Shown: piece by piece, positions 57,028 through 64,000 of the stretch | How the letters are laid out: every line of letters starts with the position of its first letter | Numbering within the stretch: the first letter of the stretch is position 1 | Assembly: GCA_903821905.1 (NCBI GenBank) | Contig: CAIJMQ010000001.1 | Span: 2,267-66,266, forward strand | Direction: 5' to 3' | Origin: an uncultured bacterium | GTDB lineage: Bacteria > CAIJMQ01 | Length of the DNA stretch: 64,000 bases | Position numbers and translations under genes: made by a program | The notes under the pieces: generated by a model | Seen by the model: only the letters and a program-made list of their open reading frames with translations | Told to the model about the DNA's origin: nothing | Database searches by the model: none

Positions 57028-58392
57028 TTAGTCACGCAATACTGCCGGGAATTTATCAGGGAAAGCTGATTCACCTTGAAAGTTTTCTATGATTAGATTG
57101 GCAGCGTTGTGAATTTCAAGTGCGTGGCGGAAATATGTTTGGCGGTTTTTACCCCAAACCACTTCACAATTGCGCATGGTGACGTTCGTTGCATTTTGAA
57201 TGTAGAATCCAGCCGTTGGATTATCTATTATACCCTTGCCGTTGAAGGGGCGGATATCGTACTGTCCACCGGGTACTTTTGACCATTTGTCAATTTCTAA
57301 TCGTATATTTTCCAAGAGTATATTTTCTATTAATCCGGGTTTTGAACCGTGAATAAAGACGCTATTTTCACTATGTGCTATAACATTCACAAAACGTATA
57401 TTTCTAATATGTCCCACCTTATCTACCCACGGAGCAGCAGATATATATATTGGTTCACCACGGCCCCACCATGCAGTGCTAAAGATGCGGGTTTCTATTA
57501 TCATATTCTGAAAAAGTACATTCTCAATATTGCTTTCTTCATTAAGATGGACTCCCAAGCCACGATGGCTTGAGTGAATAACACAAGAATCAAAAATTAC
57601 ATTGCGGATTGGCTGGCGGCATTCACAACCGACATTTAGCGGGGTTGAAGTAGACATGATAGTACAGTTTGTGACAGTAATATTTTCACATGCACCGAAC
57701 GTAGCTGCCGGACTGCGGCATGTTTTAAGGCATATGCCGTCATCTCCTGCTACGATGTGGCAGTCGCTGATGGCTACATTTTTACAACAGTCCAGGTCTA
57801 TACCGTCATTGTTGGGTAGTTTAGTATCGTTGGCTATACGGATACCGTTGATGACGACATCATTGCAACCAGTTAGTCGCACTGTCCAGAAAGCGGCATC
57901 TTTTATAGTTAAGTCACGCATAGTTAGATTATTACATCCGATTAAATAGAGAGTGAAAGGGCGTTCTTTATATGGGTTGGGCGGACGCATTTCATAAATG
58001 TCACCAAGGTCTTTTTCGATAAAAGCGTGTCCTTGTCCGTCTATTATGCCGCCTCCGGTTATTGCAATATTATTGGCGTGAAAGGCAACGATGAATGCGC
58101 GTTTCGGGAATTCGTCTTCTACTATCAATCTGTCTGTAAGTATGTCTATATCTAATTTGTTAGGGTAATCTGCATAGTTGCTGCTGGCGAGTAGGGTAGT
58201 GCCGCGCTCGAGATGTAATTCCACGTTGGATTTCAGTTCCAGAGTGCCGCTTAAGAAAGTATGACCTGCCGGCACAAGAACAGTGCCACCGCCAGATTTT
58301 GTACACTTATCAATTGCACTTTGGATTGCCTTGGCATCGTTTGTTTTATCGTTGCCTTTGGCACCAAAATCCAGAATATTGTAAGTCGACAT
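57028..58392 (-). CDS. Glycoside hydrolase family 28 (polygalacturonase/rhamnogalacturonase-like, pectate-lyase fold).
   Basis: GH28 motifs NNDGIDL, AGDDGICLK and SHRGLGV in parallel beta-helix repeats. Confidence 0.85.
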   Translation of the reverse strand: MSTYNILDFGAKGNDKTNDAKAIQSAIDKCTKSGGGTVLVPAGHTFLSGTLELKSNVELHLERGTTLLASSNYADYPNKLDIDILTDRLIVEDEFPKRAFIVAFHANNIAITGGGIIDGQGHAFIEKDLGDIYEMRPPNPYKERPFTLYLIGCNNLTMRDLTIKDAAFWTVRLTGCNDVVINGIRIANDTKLPNNDGIDLDCCKNVAISDCHIVAGDDGICLKTCRSPAATFGACENITVTNCTIMSTSTPLNVGCECRQPIRNVIFDSCVIHSSHRGLGVHLNEESNIENVLFQNMIIETRIFSTAWWGRGEPIYISAAPWVDKVGHIRNIRFVNVIAHSENSVFIHGSKPGLIENILLENIRLEIDKWSKVPGGQYDIRPFNGKGIIDNPTAGFYIQNATNVTMRNCEVVWGKNRQTYFRHALEIHNAANLIIENFQGESAFPDKFPAVLRD

Positions 58393-58421
58393 AGAATCTT
58401 CTTTTAAGCCGTGACAGGGAA

Positions 58422-59789
58422 TTATTTCAATATTTCTTTTGTTCTCCTGATGATTTCAAGACAAGCTCTGCTGTTATGATAGGGGCATTTCCACTCAGAG
58501 ACTTTATACTTGATTTCTTTTGGGTTGTCTTTTTGATAAGAATCCCAGAACCATTCTCCGTTCTTAGAATCAACAATATCTTCTTGAATAAATGCCCAGC
58601 ATTTTTCAGCAGCTTTAAAGAAATGTTCTTGTTTGCTTAGCTGGTAGGCATTAATGAAACCAACTACCGCTTCTGCTTGTGGCCACCAGTCTTTGTTGGC
58701 AGCTGTTATTTTTCCGTTCTCACCTTCATAGAAAAGACTGCCGTCAGTATCTAAACCCTGTTCATATACTGCTTGTGCCATTTTCAATGCTGTTGCTTGT
58801 ATTTCTTTTATTGTTTCCTCATTACCTAAAACTTCAGCTGCTTCGCATAATAGCCAATTTGCTTCGATATCATGACCAAAAGAAACTGTCTCTTTTGTAG
58901 AATTCCACTTTTCGTCAAAGAATAACTTCAAGTGAGAAGTTTCAGGATTGATTATATATTTTTGATGGATTTCTATAAGTTCTTCTAATCTTGTTTTTAC
59001 TTGAGGGTCTTTCCAAATGCGATACAGGTTTGTATATGCTTCAAGCAAGTGAAGATGTGTGTTCATAGTTTTTTTCTCCCTTACATCGCCGCTTGCTAAC
59101 ATTGCTTTCTCAGCAGGTTTCCAATCTCGGCTAAATGTTTCGAAGTAGCCTTTATTTGCATCGTCGTGACAATTCTTTTCAACAGTATAAAAAAGCTCTT
59201 TTGCTTTTTCCAGAGCAGTTTCATCTCCTGTTGCAAGATAATATTCCGATAGGGAATAAATTAGAAATGCTTGGCCGTATACTTCTTTGCTGGTATCTTG
59301 TGGTACGCCATTTGCGTAAAGCATCCAATACGCACCACCGAATTCTTTGTCCCAGAAGTATTGGTTTATATAGTCATAGGATTTTTTTGCCATCTCAAGA
59401 TACTGGTCATTTTCTTTGAATCTATAGGCAGCTGAAAATGTCCACAAAATTCTTGCGTTTAGCACCAGCCCCTTTGGGCCATCCTCCTCAATGACATTTT
59501 TATTCGACATCCTGCCGATAAAACCACTAAATTCTTTGTCTTGGCAATTCTTTATCCAAAACGGAAGAATGTCATTTTCCAATTCAATCTGTGCACTTCT
59601 TGAAAGAATCCTGACTTCTGCTTTGTTAACCATTGTGTTTGAACCTCCATAATTTGTACCAGGTGTTGATATTATATTACCGAAATTATCTGCATAGAGT
59701 TTTACAGAATCTGTAATGATGAATGTAAAAAGCATGGCTATTGCTATCGTAATTATTTTGATACTCTTCTTAATCGTTATATAATTCAT
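58422..59789 (-). CDS. Secreted N-acylglucosamine-2-epimerase-superfamily (AGE, (alpha/alpha)6 barrel) protein.
   Basis: Signal peptide. AGE-like motifs NARILWTFSAAYR, YGQAFLIYSLSEYY and WWPQAEAV. Confidence 0.65.
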   Translation of the reverse strand: MNYITIKKSIKIITIAIAMLFTFIITDSVKLYADNFGNIISTPGTNYGGSNTMVNKAEVRILSRSAQIELENDILPFWIKNCQDKEFSGFIGRMSNKNVIEEDGPKGLVLNARILWTFSAAYRFKENDQYLEMAKKSYDYINQYFWDKEFGGAYWMLYANGVPQDTSKEVYGQAFLIYSLSEYYLATGDETALEKAKELFYTVEKNCHDDANKGYFETFSRDWKPAEKAMLASGDVREKKTMNTHLHLLEAYTNLYRIWKDPQVKTRLEELIEIHQKYIINPETSHLKLFFDEKWNSTKETVSFGHDIEANWLLCEAAEVLGNEETIKEIQATALKMAQAVYEQGLDTDGSLFYEGENGKITAANKDWWPQAEAVVGFINAYQLSKQEHFFKAAEKCWAFIQEDIVDSKNGEWFWDSYQKDNPKEIKYKVSEWKCPYHNSRACLEIIRRTKEILK

Positions 59790-59907
59790 GCGATTATTTC
59801 CCTTTCCGTAGCCTATTTCTTATGTATCAGCGAGTGGCTACAAAAATATCGCTGATGTATTAATTCTTGTAAATTATATTAAAAAGTTTAAAACAATAAT
59901 CTTGAAA

Positions 59908-60393
59908 TTATACACTTTTTTCAGTTTTAATAGTGATATGTTCTTCGTCTTTTCCGAGCGGTTCAAATCGTTTTTTAAACAGATCGATAGCAGCTTCGTT
60001 TATCCATAAAGTTCCTTCCGGAAGTTGCTCTGTGCGTTTTAGGACTCTACGGCGCATTTTATCTTCCTTGCAGACAATATAATAAAGTCTGATGTCTGCA
60101 CCTAATTCTTCCGCTTTTTTCCTTGCTTCATCGCGAGAACTTCGTGACCAGAACCCAAAATCCAGTATCACATCAATATCCAGAGCTACTAACCGCTCGG
60201 AATTTAACCATATCAAGTCAATGATATTAGCCAGATATTTTTGGAAATGTTTAGCTGGAGGATTGCTCCCATAAAGTTTACTCATCCATTCGTCCGGAGT
60301 AAAACGGACTGCGTTCAACTTTCGCTCCAATTTTTTGGCAAAAGTGGTTTTACCTGCGCCTACAAATCCGTGTAAAAGATGAATCGTTGCCAT
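59908..60393 (-). CDS. Small P-loop kinase/ATPase (AAA_33-type).
   Basis: Walker A GFVGAGKTT. 161 aa. Confidence 0.6.
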   Translation of the reverse strand: MATIHLLHGFVGAGKTTFAKKLERKLNAVRFTPDEWMSKLYGSNPPAKHFQKYLANIIDLIWLNSERLVALDIDVILDFGFWSRSSRDEARKKAEELGADIRLYYIVCKEDKMRRRVLKRTEQLPEGTLWINEAAIDLFKKRFEPLGKDEEHITIKTEKSV

Positions 60394-60407
60394 ATTTAAT
60401 CAAGTAG

Positions 60408-61055
60408 TCATTCAGTGCCTTTTTTAGAAAAATTAGGAATTGAATAATGCTGTTTGAGGAAACGTCTTATCCGCCTTTGAAATGGCGTTTCGTCGCGTGG
60501 AAGATATTGGTATTTTTCAATAAGCGATTTAATCTTAAGTTTATCAATATATTCCTTTTTCTTAAAAAGTCCCAAAGTATCCGCCCTTTCTATTTCATTC
60601 AGGAATTGGAGGACAATATGATATCTAGGCCTGTTCCAAAAATCATGGATTAATATTTTTATGTTATTTATATTCAAGATAGTGTTGAGAATACAGGAAA
60701 TTCTGAATCTCCCATCAATTAATACCAAATCATAATCTTTATTTTTGTTAAAGATGCTTGTCGAGTAATTGGGCCAGAGATGTTTCATTGAAGCGTCAAC
60801 TGGTTGCCCCCATTTTTTCGTTGGACCTATGTCTATAAAGTGAATACGTAGACGGTTAGAATCTAGTGCTTGGACAATGTTCGCATCAATTAGTAAGTTT
60901 TTTTCTATGAAGTTTTTGTCTGATTCAATGGAATCTATTCTTTTTATATTGAGAAACTTTACCGCGAGTTTAGTGCTTTCTCCGGAACCAAATTCCAGGT
61001 AATTAGCGCAGTTTTTTAATGATTTCTCAAGAAGTTTGATTTCTGATTCTGTCAT
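60408..61055 (-). CDS. Putative class-I SAM-dependent (O-)methyltransferase-like protein.
   Basis: The YLEFGSGEST motif-I-like segment and DLVLIDG motif-like segment. Family assignment is tentative. Confidence 0.4.
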   Translation of the reverse strand: MTESEIKLLEKSLKNCANYLEFGSGESTKLAVKFLNIKRIDSIESDKNFIEKNLLIDANIVQALDSNRLRIHFIDIGPTKKWGQPVDASMKHLWPNYSTSIFNKNKDYDLVLIDGRFRISCILNTILNINNIKILIHDFWNRPRYHIVLQFLNEIERADTLGLFKKKEYIDKLKIKSLIEKYQYLPRDETPFQRRIRRFLKQHYSIPNFSKKGTE

Positions 61056-61140
61056 ATGTTTATTTCCTCTAATATTTTTCCTTTACTTAGCAGTCACCGC
61101 AAATCCTTAAGCGAAATTTATAGGTCATGGCGGGTTAAGG

Positions 61141-61986
61141 TCAATTACTACGATTTGTTATAGATTTCTTGCTTCTTGTTGTTTGCAGTTCGTTGTTCGG
61201 CATTCGCCGGTTTAAGAAATCAATGGAAAGGTCAATTACCTCTTTTGCTTCGTCCGGAGTTGTGGTGCCAACTGTTACCATATCTTGCTCGCGGATAGTA
61301 TTCCAGACATATGCCAAGCCTACCGGAGGCAGAAGTTGACCTGCAGCTAACGGTTTGATTGTAATTACAGGTTTTTTGGCATTCTTAATTATTCGCATTA
61401 CCCAATCCACTTCGATTTGCATAAGGAAACCAACTGCATTATAGATTTGGATGTACGTTTCCACGTCGGTTCCTGTAGCATCTGCGATTGTAACAGCTTC
61501 CGGCATGTGGGTGGACAGTCCAGGAATCATCTCTCGTTCCCGTATCATACGGGTGTACTTATCAATATCGCGGATTGTATTGTGCATGCGGTCGATTAAA
61601 ATATCAGTTACGCATTGATGAGGCATACAGACTGTTGTTCCCAGTTCTTTACATCTGTCGAACACGCGCTCGGGTTCATTTTCAGGCTCTCCTCCGGGAA
61701 GGATGTTGAAGTGTGGGGTTATAATAAGTTTTGCTTTCCGGCCTGTTCGCTCCTGTGCATCCCGAATTGCGTCGTGAAGAATTGGCGCTTGTGTTCCCAT
61801 GATCGTATCAACACCAGCATTCATAAAAATGGTGAGGACATCAGCTATGTTCTTTCGTGTTTGATAGTTCTGAATAAATATATCTTTAGCTTTGCTCGTA
61901 TGAGAATAACCCAAAAACCAGTTGGTTCCGATGATAAGACGTGAAAGAGAAACACCACCCACAGTAGTTCTCGCAAAGTCACTCAT
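61141..61986 (-). CDS. Hypothetical protein (possibly TIM-barrel-like). No family recognised.
   Basis: 281-aa ORF with clear coding character and higher GC than its neighbours. Confidence 0.35.
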   Translation of the reverse strand: MSDFARTTVGGVSLSRLIIGTNWFLGYSHTSKAKDIFIQNYQTRKNIADVLTIFMNAGVDTIMGTQAPILHDAIRDAQERTGRKAKLIITPHFNILPGGEPENEPERVFDRCKELGTTVCMPHQCVTDILIDRMHNTIRDIDKYTRMIREREMIPGLSTHMPEAVTIADATGTDVETYIQIYNAVGFLMQIEVDWVMRIIKNAKKPVITIKPLAAGQLLPPVGLAYVWNTIREQDMVTVGTTTPDEAKEVIDLSIDFLNRRMPNNELQTTRSKKSITNRSN

Positions 61987-62013
61987 AACAATGTACTCCT
62001 TTCTATTAAATCT

Positions 62014-62964
62014 TTAATAATTTTGTCCCGTGATTCGACGTACCATCAAGTTTTCGAAAGCATCGAGGTTTTTCCATTGGGTTGCTACATGAATTTGCTT
62101 GGCGTTTTGGTCAATGACGGTATATCCATCTTCGGTTATTCGTATACCAAGGTCTTCTATCTTAAGAAGTTCTTGAGTATATGCAAGGTAGATTGCAACA
62201 GTATCATATAGTATAGAGCTTTTATTATAGATGTCATCCTCCGGCCAATTGAGAGTCTTTAGCCATATTCTGTAATTTTCAATGAGTGCTTGAACAAGGG
62301 GGTCTTTACAGGAAAGAACTGCTTGGTATTTTTGTCCTTCCAGAATAACCCATCCGCATGTGTCCAAAGGTGTGATGGTCATGTCCCACGCAGCCGAGAA
62401 AACTTTCTGGCAATCGCTAGTGTGATTGACGACATTCCACTCTGAACAGATTTTGGGAGATGCTTTGTGTCCCTTGTGCACTGAGCCGTGCATTCCCACA
62501 AATCGTGCATTTTCAACGATACGAGGTTCTCGTCTAAGGGCTTCTGCAATATTGGGTACAGGACCGATGCAAATAAGTGTCACAGGTTTCGGAGATGTCA
62601 TGATTGTTTGTATGATTGCGTTCACCCCGTCGTCAAACATTTTCCCTTTGTACTTCGAAAGTAAATATCCATCAACCCATGCAGCTTGAGAGTACTGGTT
62701 TTGTTGCATCTTAAATGGGATACCAACTCCAACGGGGATATCTGTACGACCGGCAACCTCAAGCATCTTAGCGATAACCTTTGCCCTATAACTTGTATCA
62801 CCTGTATCCGATACAACGAGTTTCACATCGAGTTCCGGCGATTTCAACATCATCACTAATGCCCAAGTATCGTCAATATCACCGCCAATATCAGTATCAA
62901 GAATAACTGGTATTTGATTCTTGCAAGGGTCCACCACAGAAGTAGTTTTTCCTTTTAAATTCAT
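62014..62964 (-). CDS. Inosine-uridine-preferring nucleoside hydrolase family protein.
   Basis: N-terminal DTDIGGDIDD (DxDxxxDD) Ca-binding signature. 316 aa. Confidence 0.85.
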   Translation of the reverse strand: MNLKGKTTSVVDPCKNQIPVILDTDIGGDIDDTWALVMMLKSPELDVKLVVSDTGDTSYRAKVIAKMLEVAGRTDIPVGVGIPFKMQQNQYSQAAWVDGYLLSKYKGKMFDDGVNAIIQTIMTSPKPVTLICIGPVPNIAEALRREPRIVENARFVGMHGSVHKGHKASPKICSEWNVVNHTSDCQKVFSAAWDMTITPLDTCGWVILEGQKYQAVLSCKDPLVQALIENYRIWLKTLNWPEDDIYNKSSILYDTVAIYLAYTQELLKIEDLGIRITEDGYTVIDQNAKQIHVATQWKNLDAFENLMVRRITGQNY

Positions 62965-63155
62965 AATTAATTACTATTAGTTTATAAAAACGCAAACGAA
63001 TTTTCTATTTGGGATATTTTCTTGCAAAAGTAAACTTTCCTTGCTAAGATTACACTTTCCTAACATTAGAGAAAATTTTATATATAGGCTTATATCATAG
63101 CGGATGTAAAATGGGAAGTAAACCACTAAATGAAGCAAGAAAAACTATCTCATTA

Positions 63156-64000
63156 ATGAAGGTATTGGTTGTTGGTCAGGGTGGCAGAGAACATGCATTG
63201 GTCTGGAAAATTTCCCAAAGTCCTCTCGTAAAAAAAATCTATTGTGCCCCGGGAAACGGCGGCATCGGAAAACAAGTAGAATGTATTAATATTAAATCTG
63301 AAGATATTGAAGGACTTAAAAAATTTGCTCTTAAAGAAAAGATAGATTTAACTATTGTTGGTCCTGAAACTCCGCTTGTAAAAGGAATAATAGATGAATT
63401 CGAAAAAGCGAACTTGAAGATATTTGGGCCAAATAAAAAAGCTTCTCAGCTTGAAGGCAGTAAAGTCTTTTCTAAAAACTTAATGAAAAAGTATGAAATT
63501 CCAACTGCTGAATTTGAAGTTTTTGAAAATTCCAAGAAAGCCATTTCTTATGTTATCCCTTGTTTGGAAAGAAAAAAAGGTTCTATAGTTGTAAAAGCAG
63601 ACGGATTAGCAGCAGGTAAAGGAGTTGTTGTATGCAAAACCGAGGATGAAGCTCTCGATGCGATTGTTTCAATAATGGATGATAAAATATTCGGAGATGC
63701 CGGTAAGAAAGTTATAATTGAAGAATGTTTAGAAGGAGAAGAAGTATCAATACTTGCATTTACGGATGGTGAACACATTAAACTTTTACCAAGTTCACAA
63801 GACCATAAAAGAATATATGACGGTGATAAAGGTCCCAATACAGGGGGAATGGGAGCTTATTCTCCGGCACCGATTGTTAATGAGAATCTTTTACCAATAA
63901 TAGAAAAAAATATTATAAGACGAACGATAGAAGGATTAAAAAAAGAAGGTATTGTCTATAAAGGGATTATCTATGCCGGGCTTATGATAAAAGACGGCAA
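63156..64000 (+). CDS. purD: Phosphoribosylamine--glycine ligase PurD. It is 3'-truncated at the window end. An alternative start lies at 63111.
   Basis: MKVLVVGQGGREHALVWKI and ATP-grasp motifs (SQDHKRIYDGDKGPNTGGMGAYSP). The frame is open to nt 64000. Confidence 0.9.
   Translation, partial: MKVLVVGQGGREHALVWKISQSPLVKKIYCAPGNGGIGKQVECINIKSEDIEGLKKFALKEKIDLTIVGPETPLVKGIIDEFEKANLKIFGPNKKASQLEGSKVFSKNLMKKYEIPTAEFEVFENSKKAISYVIPCLERKKGSIVVKADGLAAGKGVVVCKTEDEALDAIVSIMDDKIFGDAGKKVIIEECLEGEEVSILAFTDGEHIKLLPSSQDHKRIYDGDKGPNTGGMGAYSPAPIVNENLLPIIEKNIIRRTIEGLKKEGIVYKGIIYAGLMIKDG

Noticed and set aside
1-64000. A CRISPR array or other regularly spaced repeat array.
   Set aside because: Visual scanning found no series of 3 or more evenly spaced direct repeats of 24-48 bp. 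The only repeats found are the two duplicated gene-end segments and a short heptamer run inside hypF.

Overview
This is an AT-rich bacterial chromosomal segment: roughly 36-38% GC in the hydrogenase and housekeeping genes and about 45-50% in several glycosidase and accessory genes, judged by eye. The gene content fits a strictly anaerobic, saccharolytic bacterium that metabolises H2. I support about 70 protein-coding genes. I saw no rRNA, tRNA or CRISPR array by eye.

Main blocks, in order:
- 1-1086: the 3' part of a gene for an ASKHA-domain protein that starts upstream of the window.
- 1959-2162: a cold-shock gene with its own promoter, a leader hairpin that looks like an attenuator, and a terminator.
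- 2410-9515: secreted GH5, GH51 and GH42 glycosidases, with a radical-SAM gene and a YggS gene between them.
- 10746-21147: a tightly coupled 10-gene operon. It runs from a consensus sigma70-like promoter through hydB-hydG-hydD-hydA (a four-subunit cytoplasmic group-3b-type [NiFe] hydrogenase) and a hydrogenase maturation protease. It continues with a MetV-domain::RnfC-like fusion, a second MetV and MetF, which together look like an Acetobacterium-type NADH-linked methylene-THF reductase module. It ends with hypF.
- 21152-25244: a five-gene block on the opposite strand with noticeably higher GC. It encodes a PD-(D/E)xK-motif hypothetical protein, a GNAT acetyltransferase, an alpha/beta hydrolase, an SDR epimerase and an SMP-30 lactonase. 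It separates hypF from hypC-hypD, a lipoprotein FKBP-type PPIase, a strong terminator and then hypB-hypA-hypE.
- 29587-34655: a probable operon of radical-SAM activase, lipA, an IMPase-family gene, tlpA-like, ccdA, trxA and trxB.
- 35700-43764 (minus strand): an opp-like ABC operon with a patatin-like lipoprotein and a small membrane protein embedded in it.
- 43829-45592: a BepA-like M48 peptidase with TPR repeats.
- 45701-50351: small uncharacterised membrane or secreted proteins, including a duplicated gene-end repeat.
- 50407-55530: a PAS/Cache histidine kinase, a receiver-only regulator, and an ornithine-decarboxylase-fold enzyme paired with a deoxyhypusine-synthase-like enzyme.
- 55599-62964: a pectin-related block (GH28, an AGE-family protein) that includes a duplicated GH28 3' end flanking a single-ORF insertion, then further accessory genes.
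- 63156 to the window end: the 5' part of purD.

The most interesting candidate system is the physical and translational coupling of a soluble [NiFe] hydrogenase with MetV/MetF/RnfC-like genes in one operon.
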